64,000 nucleotides of DNA, taken from contig NZ_CAMKZC010000008.1 in assembly GCF_946477725.1 (NCBI RefSeq), positions 10,812 to 74,811 on the forward strand, given 5' to 3'. This document shows positions 39,558 to 50,179 of this stretch, in pieces. The position numbers were made by a program, and so were the translations under genes. A model generated the notes under the pieces. The model was not told the origin of the DNA and did no database searches. It saw only the letters and a program-made list of their open reading frames with translations. Source of the DNA: an uncultured Lactobacillus sp. GTDB taxonomy: Bacteria > Bacillota > Bacilli > Lactobacillales > Lactobacillaceae. Positions within the stretch are counted from its first letter, which is position 1; every line of letters starts with the position of its first letter.

Positions 39558-40097
39558 ATGACTAAATATTCAACTGCTTTGAAAATGGAAATTTGCAGTA
39601 AATACTTATCCCACCAAACCTCTTTAGCTAAACTAGAACGCGAATACGGCATTGATCATACCGAGATTAGGGCCTGGGCAGAACGTGCCCGTAAACATGG
39701 CTTAGCCGCTTTAAAGGTTACTCACACCCGACAAACTTATTTGCCTGAATTCAAGCTAAATGTGGTACGCTTCTATCATGAACATCACATGGGAGTACTC
39801 CAGGTAGCTGCAGTTTTTAATCTTTCGCGGTCAGTAGTAAGACAATGGCTGGCGGCTTATCAGGCTGCAGGCTACTCTGGGCTGCTCCCAAAATCCAAGG
39901 GGAGACCACCAACCATGACTAAAAAGAAGCGTCAGAAGAAGCTTAAACCCACTAAGAAGCTAACCGAAGTAGAACAATTGCGTCGTCAGGTTGCTGAGCT
40001 AGAGGCACAAAAAGCCGACTTAGAATTGGATAACTTAATCCTAAAAAAAGTGGCTGCCCGATATCCACGCTCACCAACCGGCAAAAAACCAGAATAG
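39558..40097 (+). CDS. IS3-family transposase OrfA (HTH domains plus leucine-zipper-like C terminus)
   Basis: 179 aa with two HTH-like segments. The C terminus reads LRRQVAELEAQKADLELDNLILKK. The slippery heptamer A AAA AAA is in phase (cta aaa aaa). Confidence 0.85.
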   Translation: MTKYSTALKMEICSKYLSHQTSLAKLEREYGIDHTEIRAWAERARKHGLAALKVTHTRQTYLPEFKLNVVRFYHEHHMGVLQVAAVFNLSRSVVRQWLAAYQAAGYSGLLPKSKGRPPTMTKKKRQKKLKPTKKLTEVEQLRRQVAELEAQKADLELDNLILKKVAARYPRSPTGKKPE

Positions 40098-40099
40098 TC

Positions 40100-40966
40100 G
40101 TGGAGATTCGGGCTGAGCGACCTGAGGTGCCGTTAAAGCTTTTGCTTGCCAAGCTGCACCTTAACCGCAAAACTTATTACGACAACCGCAGTCACCGATT
40201 GAACCGATTAGATAAATACGCTGCTGTTAAAGGCGTAATCAAGTCTATCTTCTACCAAGAAAGTGATGAGACTTACGGTTATCGACGTATGCATGGTGCA
40301 CTCTTAGATCAAGGCTTTAGCTATGCGCCCAATACCGTGCGCAAGCTGATGCGGCAGCTGGGACTAAAGACCAGAGTCTACAGTAGGCGCACTGCACGCT
40401 ACAGTTCTTATGCGGGCCCTGCAGGCGTAATCAAGGAAAACATTTTAAAGCAGCGGTTTAATGAAACCAGACCCTACCACGTCTTACACACGGATATTAC
40501 CGAATACAAGCTGACCACAGGCAAAAAGGTTTATATTTCACCGGTCATTGATGAGGCCTCACTGGAAATACTGGCTTGTCAAGTCAGCTATTCGCCTAAC
40601 ATGAAGCTGGTTTATGATATGCTGGCAGAGCTTAAGCACAAGCTGCCTAAAACAGCCCAGCCTATTTTGCATTCAGATCAGGGTTTTCAATACCGCCACA
40701 GCGGCTATCAGACCAAACTAAGACAGATGAAGATTAAGCAAAGCATGTCGCGCAAGGGTAATTGCCACGATAATGCACCGGGAGAAACCATCTTCAACCT
40801 AATGAAACGGGAGAAGCTCAACCGCATTAAGATCAGTTCACTAGCAGAAATGCAGGCAGTACTGCGCGATTACGTTTACTGGTTCAACCATATCAGAAGA
40901 TCAAACAAACTAAAATACACGACTCCGATTAAATATCGGAATCGTGCGTTAGGTCTTGCTAAATAA
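40100..40966 (+). CDS. IS3-family transposase OrfB (DDE catalytic domain), presumably made as an OrfAB fusion by -1 frameshifting
   Basis: DDE context: HTDITEY, HSDQGFQY, NAPGETIFNLMKRE. The -1 frame is open from the heptamer at 40043 into orfB. Confidence 0.85.
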   Translation: MEIRAERPEVPLKLLLAKLHLNRKTYYDNRSHRLNRLDKYAAVKGVIKSIFYQESDETYGYRRMHGALLDQGFSYAPNTVRKLMRQLGLKTRVYSRRTARYSSYAGPAGVIKENILKQRFNETRPYHVLHTDITEYKLTTGKKVYISPVIDEASLEILACQVSYSPNMKLVYDMLAELKHKLPKTAQPILHSDQGFQYRHSGYQTKLRQMKIKQSMSRKGNCHDNAPGETIFNLMKREKLNRIKISSLAEMQAVLRDYVYWFNHIRRSNKLKYTTPIKYRNRALGLAK

Positions 40967-41024
40967 TAAAATGTCTAACTTTTTAGTTGCACTTCAATTT
41001 AGGACAAATTTGGGGGGTATTATT

Positions 41025-41527
41025 ATGGCTAAATTATCTAAGCAAGACAAAATTGAAATCTTTAATCTTTGGCAAAACTATCAGGTTGGAACTACTGAAT
41101 TAAGTCGCCGCTATCAGGTTAATCCGTCTACTATTAATTATCTCTTGGCTCTCATTACTCGTCATGGTACAGCTATTCTTGATTGACCGTATACAAGCTA
41201 TTCAATTGCGTTTAAGGAGCAGGTCATTAGACGGGTACTGGTTAAAGACGAAGCGATTTATCAAGTAGCACTCGATCTGGGACTAAAAAAATAAAGTAAT
41301 CTTGGCTAATTGGCTGCGCTAGTACCGTGAAAATGGGTATAATGTCGTTAACCACAAGAAAGGACGACCGCCTCATGCCCAAACAAGATCCGGAAATCGC
41401 ACGGTTAAAGCAAGAAATCCAGCGCTTACGCCAGCAGAACTTGAAGCTGAAAATCGAGAACGAATTCGTAAAAAAATTGAGCGTCTTAGTCGACCAGCGG
41501 ACCAAGAACCGCAAGCCGCGGAAATAG
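41025..41527 (+). pseudogene. IS3-family transposase orfA, inactivated by at least two nonsense codons and two frameshifts
   Basis: TGA at 41184-41186 follows ...HGTAILD. The frame changes at the A7 run 41285-41291. TAG at 41320-41322 falls within WLR*YRENGY. The frame changes again between GRPP and MPKQDPEIARLK (about 41365-41377). Confidence 0.6.
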
Positions 41528-41682
41528 CCCAGGCAGTTACCCAACTAAGGCGCGAGCTTAAAGTCAGCGTAACTTTTATTCTTGATACCATTAATGCCAA
41601 TCCGAATCTGCCCCATCTATCCCGTAGTAATTACTACTACACTTTAAAGAAGAAGGACAAAGAGCGGGACAATCGAGAAATA

Positions 41683-42408
41683 ATGGCTGAAATCAAAGCT
41701 ATTTATGAAGAACACAAGCACCGCTATGGCTATCGCCGCATTACTGCAGAGCTTAGGCGTCGCGGTTTATTAGTCAATCATAAAAAGGTGCAGCGCTTAA
41801 TGAACAAGCTGAAATTGTTTGGCATAGTCAGTAAACGCTGGCACAAATACAGCAGCTATCGCGGCACTCAGGGTCCGATTAAGCCTGACCTGATTAAACG
41901 CAGCTTCAGTGCGGTTTATCCCAATCACAAATGGTATTCAGATATAACTGAGTTTAAGCTCAAGGGGCAAAAGACCTATTTATCACCGATCATTGATGGC
42001 TGCACCCAAGAGATTGTTTCCTATACTATTTCCCGCAGCCCTAATCTTAAGCAGACCATGGATATGTTAAGAAAGGCCTGGGACAAACATCCGGCACTAA
42101 ATGGTTTGATCTTTCACACAGATCAAGGCTGGCAGTACCAACACCCGCAATTTCAAGCGTGGCTGAAAAACCATGGCATTAGCCAGTCAATGTCACGCAA
42201 GGGCAATTCGCTTGATGATGGGTTAATGGAAGGCTTCTTCGGGATACTCAAACGAGAAATGTTTTATGGCTTTGAAAAGCAATATAAGAATCTCACTGAA
42301 CTGGAAGATGCGATTAGAGACTACATTGAGTATTACAATCAGAAAAGAATCAAGATCAAACTAAAAGGACTAACTCCGCTTGAATATCGGCAGTTAGTCC
42401 TCAGTTAA
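41683..42408 (+). CDS. IS3-family transposase OrfB (DDE domain) of the degenerate element
   Basis: DDE context: SDITEF, HTDQGWQY, DDGLMEGFFGILKRE. The frame is open upstream back to the A7 heptamer at 41470-41476, in the -1 frame relative to the last orfA fragment. Confidence 0.7.
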   Translation: MAEIKAIYEEHKHRYGYRRITAELRRRGLLVNHKKVQRLMNKLKLFGIVSKRWHKYSSYRGTQGPIKPDLIKRSFSAVYPNHKWYSDITEFKLKGQKTYLSPIIDGCTQEIVSYTISRSPNLKQTMDMLRKAWDKHPALNGLIFHTDQGWQYQHPQFQAWLKNHGISQSMSRKGNSLDDGLMEGFFGILKREMFYGFEKQYKNLTELEDAIRDYIEYYNQKRIKIKLKGLTPLEYRQLVLS

Positions 42409-42470
42409 TAGCTAATATAAAGTGTCCTAATTTTAGGGTTCACATCATTCTTAATTATTACTTAGGTTTT

Positions 42471-43049
42471 TTAGTTCTTATGAAATAAATAAAAAATGCA
42501 ATAACCTAACAAGAAAATAGAAATCAAAATTATTACTATATTCCACAATCTACTTGGATAAGAAAAGCTAAATATTACAATTGAAAATATAAATAATACA
42601 GTTTCATAATCAGTTTTAGAGTTTTTAAAACTGATTAAGTCTGCTGTTAAAAATATGAAAAGCATAATTGTAATTATAGAAACTATTAATAAGAAAAAAA
42701 CGTTGTAAACATTATTAGTAATTAAATACTTAAAAAGACACGCAAATAAAATTAGAACTGCTATCACAATGCTTAAAAATATTAATTTAATATTTGACAA
42801 GCTTTTGATAATTTTAAGAAATTTTTGAGTGAGTGTTTCTTTTTCAGTTTTTAATTGATACTTTGTCAAAGATGAAATGAATAGCAGTCCAATAGAAATG
42901 CCATAAATTGTTAGAACACTGTAATTAGTATAGATTTCAGATTTATTCCATAAAGCTGTTACAATAACACCTAATATAGTAGAAACTGTTATCATCCATT
43001 CACAATATGTATCTAATTTTCTTAATCTGTTTTTATTTGAAGATTCCAC
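42471..43049 (-). CDS. Hypothetical polytopic membrane protein encoded by a very AT-rich gene
   Basis: 192 aa with a GTG start and AAGGATGG about 10 nt upstream. It has 5-6 hydrophobic segments rich in Ile, Phe and Leu. I recognise no family. Confidence 0.4.
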   Translation of the reverse strand: MESSNKNRLRKLDTYCEWMITVSTILGVIVTALWNKSEIYTNYSVLTIYGISIGLLFISSLTKYQLKTEKETLTQKFLKIIKSLSNIKLIFLSIVIAVLILFACLFKYLITNNVYNVFFLLIVSIITIMLFIFLTADLISFKNSKTDYETVLFIFSIVIFSFSYPSRLWNIVIILISIFLLGYCIFYLFHKN

Positions 43050-43447
43050 AGGTAAATAACCATCCTTAATATAAAAGCTAAATTTAAAATCAAAAACGTA
43101 AAATATTTTTCATTTTAAGACTACTTATGTTTTATTTCTATAATATCACAGATAATGAATTATGAATAAAGTAGGATAATAATTTTTTTAAATGCTTTTA
43201 TGCTTCTATATTTAAACTTTATTTGACGATCTTATGAACGATTTAATCTCTTAGTCAATTCATGTTTATAAAGAGTAAATAAATAGGATAAAACCGCTAA
43301 TTAACCGATTGATTTTGTTTTTTACCTTATTTTTTCCAATTTGATACTGGTTAGAAGATTGTGAAATTCAGAGTAGCCAAAAACTATAATAATTACGCTA
43401 TAATTGGTTAAGTATAGAATGAGTCGTATTAAGAAGGCGATTAAACA

Positions 43448-44650
43448 ATGAAAAAATTAACACAAAAGTCCAAGTTACTAATAGGTTATGCTATTTCAGG
43501 TTTTGGCGATCAATTTTATACTTTCGCAATTCCACTTTTGATGTTGTCGAGAACACATTCATCAATAATAATGGGACTGTTAACGGCAGTCGAATATTTG
43601 CCAACAGCATTATTTGGACTAATAATTGGACCAATTTTTGACATGTATTCTCGTAAAAAAATCATGCTTTTTTCTCTGATTATGCAAATGGTGCTAATTA
43701 TAATTGCACCATTTTTGGTTATAAGAAACGTCTCAATATATTGGCTGCTATTGGTAATTTTCCTACTTGGCAGTTTCGACTTAATCACTTGGACAGGCTA
43801 CCAGATATTTATTGCAGAATCGGTAAAAAAAGAAGAATTATCATCTGTTTCGGGCCAAGTTGGTTTAATCTCGTCTGTGCAAAAAACTTTTGGCCCAGGC
43901 ATTGCAGCTGTCATTATTAATTTGATCGATTATATTGGTGGTTTTTTATTTGATGCTTTAAGTTTTGGCTATTTAACTTATGTTATTAAAGACTATGAAC
44001 CTTTACAAACAGAAAATGGGGCAATGAAAAAAGAAAGTTCTTTTAACAAAAGTGCTAAAAAGGGGATTTCCTTTTTGTTTGCTCATCATGACATTAAATG
44101 GCTGATTGCAAGTTTTTTTGTTGCTAATGTTGGCTTTCAAGCAGTCGTTCCCATGTTAACGTTTTTATTAAAACAGGAAATGAAAGTTTCAGTTAACCTA
44201 GTAAGTGTTTTTTACACAGTAGCTGCAGTTGCCAGCATTATTGGCAATTTCATCTACCTGCGTATCAACAAGAATATGAAACTTGGTACACAGATGATTA
44301 TGATTGGACTTCTAATAATGTGCGGCTTTATGATAATGCTAAATGTTCAGTCTTTCTTTTGGGTTACCTTTGGTTATGCAATAGTGTCCTTTGGTTGTGT
44401 TTGGTCACAAGCAAACTTTTTTACCATTATTCAAGCAGAAACACCGCCTCAATTTAAAGGAACAATAACATCAATTTCTACATCACTTACCCGAATAATT
44501 GGGCCCATTATGTCATTAATTAGTGGTTTCTTAATTAAAGCAGAAGTTCACTCCATCTTTGTTGTAGCTTCTGTTTGCATGTTTCTTTCTGTATTTATTT
44601 CCCTAGTTACTGGTTTGAGTAAATTAGGGAAGCTAGAAAAGTTACACTAA
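43448..44650 (+). CDS. MFS transporter (12-TM class)
   Basis: 400 aa and highly hydrophobic, with the two-fold 6+6 TM organisation typical of MFS. Confidence 0.78.
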   Translation: MKKLTQKSKLLIGYAISGFGDQFYTFAIPLLMLSRTHSSIIMGLLTAVEYLPTALFGLIIGPIFDMYSRKKIMLFSLIMQMVLIIIAPFLVIRNVSIYWLLLVIFLLGSFDLITWTGYQIFIAESVKKEELSSVSGQVGLISSVQKTFGPGIAAVIINLIDYIGGFLFDALSFGYLTYVIKDYEPLQTENGAMKKESSFNKSAKKGISFLFAHHDIKWLIASFFVANVGFQAVVPMLTFLLKQEMKVSVNLVSVFYTVAAVASIIGNFIYLRINKNMKLGTQMIMIGLLIMCGFMIMLNVQSFFWVTFGYAIVSFGCVWSQANFFTIIQAETPPQFKGTITSISTSLTRIIGPIMSLISGFLIKAEVHSIFVVASVCMFLSVFISLVTGLSKLGKLEKLH

Positions 44651-44671
44651 TTGCAAAAAATAATGCAAAAC

Positions 44672-45553
44672 TTATTTTTTAGGTAAGGAATGGTCTAAAA
44701 TATTATAAATAGCTGGATTCTTATAAATTGCTACAACATCATATTTTAATTTAGGTAAGTTTGGTAAGAAAGTAACATATTTAGCATAAATTGTTGGCAA
44801 TGGCAGTTCATCTGGATAGATAGCTATACCATAATCTAAAACAACATTCGATAATGCAGCGTCGAAACTGTCTAAATAAATAATTTGGTCATAGTGAATA
44901 TTCTTTTTTGCTAAAATATTTTTAATTTTTGTTTGTACATCATTCTTATCTGTAGCAGTCCATTTTTGCAAGAAAAGGGGCTGCTTTTTTATAACATTCC
45001 TTTTTAGCCTACCATCTTGATTAACAGCTTTTTTGCTCAGTAAAATCCCAAAATTGGCAGTTCCGATTTTCTTAACATGAATATTCTTAATTTTACTTAC
45101 CGCTGTTGAGAAACCAATCAGCACATCGTAATCCTCTGCATCAAGTTTCGGTATACTAGTAGCAAAATTTTCGGTATCTAATTGTAATTGTAAGCCTGAA
45201 TTGTTTTTTGTAAGTAATCGCGCTAAGCTAACGGCCCAATAATCAAAACCATGTAAATAATGTATTCTCAACGTTTGAAATGAATCATTTAACTGACTAA
45301 TTTTTTCATTAAATTCATAATATTTCTTAAGTACCGGTACTGCACAGTGATACAGATTAATACCCGCTAAAGTAACTTTAAAATGGGAGGTTGAACGATC
45401 AATCAGTTGCACGCCTAAATCTTCCTCTAAATTTTTTATTGCGTTACTAATGGCTGTTTGAGAAACAAAATTTCTCTTAGCGGCCGGAGTAAATCCTTGA
45501 GTTTCTACAACATCTATAAAATATTTATATGCTAATAGGCTATATTTCATCAC
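44672..45553 (-). CDS. LysR-family transcriptional regulator
   Basis: N-terminal HTH (FIDVVETQGFTPAAKRNFVSQTAISNAIKNLEEDLGVQLIDR) plus a substrate-binding domain. 293 aa. Confidence 0.85.
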   Translation of the reverse strand: MMKYSLLAYKYFIDVVETQGFTPAAKRNFVSQTAISNAIKNLEEDLGVQLIDRSTSHFKVTLAGINLYHCAVPVLKKYYEFNEKISQLNDSFQTLRIHYLHGFDYWAVSLARLLTKNNSGLQLQLDTENFATSIPKLDAEDYDVLIGFSTAVSKIKNIHVKKIGTANFGILLSKKAVNQDGRLKRNVIKKQPLFLQKWTATDKNDVQTKIKNILAKKNIHYDQIIYLDSFDAALSNVVLDYGIAIYPDELPLPTIYAKYVTFLPNLPKLKYDVVAIYKNPAIYNILDHSLPKK

Positions 45554-45602
45554 ATTTTGTCCTTTTACTTATAACTTTATCTAATAAGTTATCATCATTA
45601 TA

Positions 45603-45616
45603 TGTTAGCGCTTACT
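45603..45616. promoter_or_regulatory. Candidate catabolite-responsive element (cre) upstream of glpK
   Basis: TGTTAGCGCTTACT compared with the cre consensus TGWAANCGNTNWCA. There are two mismatches and the palindromic core AGCGCT. It lies 79 nt before the glpK ATG. Confidence 0.45.
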
Positions 45617-45676
45617 AAAAAGCGAGGGTAAAATTGAATTGTAACGACAGTTACCTTTACTAAATTAGTTTTGTAA

Positions 45677-47209
<1,533 letters not shown>

Positions 47210-47242
47210 TTATCAGTTTTACTAAAAGAAAGAGGTTATACC

Positions 47243-48985
47243 ATGACGTTTTCAATTAAAACCAGACAGGAAGAAATTGAACGTTTAAAAAATGAAAAAT
47301 TAGATTTATTGGTTATCGGTGGCGGTATTACTGGAGCTGGCGTTGCATTGCAAGCTAGTGCAGCTAAGATGAAAACCGGTTTAATCGATATGCAGGACTT
47401 TGGTGGCGGAACTTCATCACGTTCAACCAGGTTAGTTCATGGTGGTATTCGCTATCTTAAGACTTTTGATGTCCAAGTAGTTTCTGATACTGTCAAGGAA
47501 CGTGCAATAGTTCAGCATATTGCTCCTCATATGACTCGGCCTGATCCAATGATTTTGCCAATTTATGATGAACCGGGAACAACCTTTACCATGTTTTCGG
47601 TCAAAGTAGCAATGGATTTATATGATCATTTAGCTGGAATCGAGGGTGACTCTCCTTTAATTAAGTATGCCAACTATACAATGGATAAAGCAGAAACTTT
47701 AAAACGTGAGCCACAATTAAACAGCGAAAATCTACAAGGTGCAGGCGTTTACCTAGACTACCAAAACAATGATTCCCGTTTAGTAGTAGAAAATGTCAAA
47801 AAGGCGCATGAATTGGGGTGCTTGGCTGTTAGTCGCCTGAAATGTATTGCGATCCTTCATAACGATCAAAAGCAGGTTAACGGAGTACGCGTCCATGATA
47901 ACTTAACCGGTGAAGAATTTGAAATTCATGCAGATGTAGTTATTAACACCTCCGGGCCTTGGTCCGACTTAGTAAGACAGGAAGATAAAGCAGTTTATAA
48001 GAAGCCACGTCTGCGTCCTACAAAGGGTGTTCACTTAGTAGTTGACCAATCACGCTTAACTGTGCCGCAACCTACTTACTTTGGCTCAGGTACAGCAGAC
48101 GGTCGTATGATTTTTACTATTCCAAGAGAAGGTAAAACCTATTTTGGCACTACCGATACCGACTTTACCGGTGATTACGCTCATCCAACTGTTGAACAAA
48201 GCGATGTCGATTACTTGTTAAATATTATTAATAAGAAGTATCCTTCCGCTCATTTAACTATTAACGATATTGAAGCTAGCTGGGCTGGAGTTCGTCCCCT
48301 AATTGAAGTCGAAGTTGAAGGCAATGAAGCAGCAGATGCAGCAACTGGTGCCAGTGTCTCTGACAGTACTTCAGCGCCGTCCGCTGTATCTCGCGGTAGT
48401 TCATTAACTGAAGCTGAGGATGGCTTAATTACTCTAGCTGGTGGTAAATTAACAGATTATCGTATTATGGCTAATGGTGCCATGAAGAAAATACAGCAAA
48501 AGCTTCATGACAAGTTTTCTAAGAACTTTACTTTACAAGATTCTGCTGAAATTAAAGTTGCAGGTGGTGATTTTGATTCCGATCATGCAGAAGAAGAACT
48601 TGCTCGGATTGCTAAAGATGGTGTAGCGGCTGGTATTACAGCTGATGATGCTAAGGAAATTGCCAACCTGTTTGGTTCACAAGCAGAACAAATTTATGAC
48701 TATGCAAAAACGATTAAGCCCGCTGCAGGATTAAGTCTAGGCGAAACAGCTGCCCTTGATTATTCACTAGCTGAAGAAATGACATTGACACCTGTTGACT
48801 ACCTCTTAAGGCGTACGTATCACATCTTATTCAAGAGTGATACTTTAAGTCAAGTTAAAGAAGGTGTCGTTAACCACATGTCTGATTACTATGGCTGGGA
48901 TGAAGAGCAAAAGACTCAATATGTACATGATTTAGATCAAGAAATAGCACAATCAAGACTAGATAAACTAAAGAATAAAAAATAA
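47243..48985 (+). CDS. glpO: Alpha-glycerophosphate oxidase (FAD-dependent, GlpO type with an internal insert)
   Basis: FAD motif DLLVIGGGITGAG. At 580 aa it carries an Ala/Ser-rich insert (EVEVEGNEAADAATGASVSDSTSAPSAVSRGSS), as in the GlpO oxidases of lactic acid bacteria rather than GlpD. Confidence 0.82.
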   Translation: MTFSIKTRQEEIERLKNEKLDLLVIGGGITGAGVALQASAAKMKTGLIDMQDFGGGTSSRSTRLVHGGIRYLKTFDVQVVSDTVKERAIVQHIAPHMTRPDPMILPIYDEPGTTFTMFSVKVAMDLYDHLAGIEGDSPLIKYANYTMDKAETLKREPQLNSENLQGAGVYLDYQNNDSRLVVENVKKAHELGCLAVSRLKCIAILHNDQKQVNGVRVHDNLTGEEFEIHADVVINTSGPWSDLVRQEDKAVYKKPRLRPTKGVHLVVDQSRLTVPQPTYFGSGTADGRMIFTIPREGKTYFGTTDTDFTGDYAHPTVEQSDVDYLLNIINKKYPSAHLTINDIEASWAGVRPLIEVEVEGNEAADAATGASVSDSTSAPSAVSRGSSLTEAEDGLITLAGGKLTDYRIMANGAMKKIQQKLHDKFSKNFTLQDSAEIKVAGGDFDSDHAEEELARIAKDGVAAGITADDAKEIANLFGSQAEQIYDYAKTIKPAAGLSLGETAALDYSLAEEMTLTPVDYLLRRTYHILFKSDTLSQVKEGVVNHMSDYYGWDEEQKTQYVHDLDQEIAQSRLDKLKNKK

Positions 48986-49023
48986 ATGATTATCAAATAG
49001 AAATAGTAGTAAATTATTCCCCA

Positions 49024-49056
49024 AAAAGCCCGTCAAAACAAACAGACGGGCTTTTT
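49024..49056 (+). terminator. glpKO intrinsic terminator
   Basis: GCCCGTC (49028-49034) pairs with GACGGGC (49045-49051), followed by T5. An A-run lies upstream. Confidence 0.78.
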
Positions 49057-49201
49057 CTTGGCCTTTTTAACAGCACTATTACAATGTGTGAGCAGGGAAT
49101 AGCAAAAAGTATTATTATAACAATAATAAATGTTGTCATATTTGAAAAAATAGTTTTAAATTTACATCTTAAAAGATTAAACTAATAGAGAGGTGATTAA
49201 A

Positions 49202-50164
49202 ATGGAGCCAATTTTTCTCACTCCTTATTTCAGACCAAAAATTTGGGGTGGACGCAAATTGAAAACAATCTTTAATTATAATATCCCAGATGGCAAGGTA
49301 GGAGAAGCTTGGGTAATTTCCGGCTATAAAGAGGATGCTTCTACAGTAATCAATGGTCAGTTTAAAGGGCAAAGTCTGCGTCAGGTTTATCAAGAAAATC
49401 CGACGCTATTTGGCAATCCTGAAAGTAAAGAATTTCCGCTGCTTGTTAAGTTCCTGGATGCAAATGATAATTTGTCTGTCCAGGTTCATCCCAATGATGA
49501 ATATGCTCGCAAAGTAGAAAATGATAGCGGAAAAACTGAAAGCTGGTATGTTTTGCAGGCTGATCCTGGATCATATCTAATTTATGGGCATACTGCCAAA
49601 ACTCGCGCGGAACTGGCTGAAATGATAGAAAAGGGAGAATGGGATAAACTTTTACGCAAAGTACCGGTAAAAACGGGTGATTTCTTTTATGTTCCCTCAG
49701 GAACAATCCACGCGCTTACTAAGGGGATACTAGTTATAGAAACCCAACAATCTAGTGATGTGACCTACAGGTTGTATGACTATGATCGTGTTGACCAAAA
49801 AACCGGTAAGAAACGCGAACTACATACCCAAAAATCAATCGCTGTTACACAGGTCCCACATGTTGATCCTAAACTGGATATTAAAACAGATCACGTGCAG
49901 GATGCTACTATAAAAACTTTGGTTGCACCACCCGCTTCACCTCATTTTTATTTGTGGCAAATAGATTTAGCTGGACAATGGCGCACTGGTTTAAATAGTC
50001 ACCCCTACTTATTAGTAACAGTTATTAAGGGAACGGGCACTCTTCAAATTGAAAGTAAATCATATGACCTAGCAATTGGAACAAATCTGATAATTCCTAA
50101 TAACATTAAAAAATTTACATTCACAGGTAATATGAAATTGGTTATTTCTACGCCTAATAATTAA
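49202..50164 (+). CDS. manA: Mannose-6-phosphate isomerase, class I
   Basis: Motifs PKIWGG, LSVQVHPND, ESWYV and PSGTIHAL are present. GAGAGG lies 8 nt before the ATG at 49202; the track start is a GTG at 49193. Confidence 0.85.
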   Translation: MEPIFLTPYFRPKIWGGRKLKTIFNYNIPDGKVGEAWVISGYKEDASTVINGQFKGQSLRQVYQENPTLFGNPESKEFPLLVKFLDANDNLSVQVHPNDEYARKVENDSGKTESWYVLQADPGSYLIYGHTAKTRAELAEMIEKGEWDKLLRKVPVKTGDFFYVPSGTIHALTKGILVIETQQSSDVTYRLYDYDRVDQKTGKKRELHTQKSIAVTQVPHVDPKLDIKTDHVQDATIKTLVAPPASPHFYLWQIDLAGQWRTGLNSHPYLLVTVIKGTGTLQIESKSYDLAIGTNLIIPNNIKKFTFTGNMKLVISTPNN

Positions 50165-50179
50165 GGAGAATAATAAAAT

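Larger units (their letters stand above)
39491..41006 (+). mobile_element. Intact IS3-family insertion sequence (IS150-like organisation)
   Basis: The left terminal inverted repeat (IRL) is TGACCCTCAAATTTGAAGTGCTCCATAATAGTTAGACATT (39491-). It matches the reverse complement of the right end, TGTCCTAAATTGAAGTGCAACTAAAAAGTTAGACATT (ending at 41006). orfA and orfB lie in the 0 and -1 frames, with an A7 slippery site at 40043-40049. Confidence 0.8.
41007..42442 (+). mobile_element. Second IS3-family element, degenerate, with no recognisable left inverted repeat
   Basis: The right end ...AGTGTCCTAATTTTAGGGTTCA (to 42442) is the reverse complement of TGAACCCTAAAATTAGGACACT, which resembles the IS1 IRL. 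orfA is broken and orfB is intact. Only 18 nt separate the IS1 end from the orfA ATG. Confidence 0.6.

Noticed and set aside
40956-41186. The track ORF starting at TTG 40956, which would span the junction of the two IS elements.
   Set aside because: Its first 23 codons run through the right inverted repeat of the first IS. The biologically sensible start is the ATG at 41025 (MAKLSKQDKIEIF...), and that ORF is itself a fragment of a broken orfA.
41242-41600. Minus-strand ORFs 41242..41544 and 41373..41600 inside the second IS.
   Set aside because: They are antisense to recognisable transposase orfA fragments. They have no RBS, and their Arg/Ser/Leu-rich composition is typical of antisense readings of GC-richer coding DNA.
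39488-42445. A target-site duplication flanking the IS pair, and a reconstructed ssrA terminator across the junction (AATGAT..ATCATT).
   Set aside because: The flanking triplets do not match (ATA, AAT, CAT). The reconstructed hairpin is only about 6 bp of A/T-rich pairs with no adjacent T-run, which is too weak to claim.
39457-43447. A genomic island integrated into ssrA, bounded by a direct repeat of the tmRNA 3' end.
   Set aside because: I found no second copy of the tmRNA 3' segment (GGTTCAATTCCCCTCACCTCCA) downstream, and no integrase gene. Only IS elements are present.
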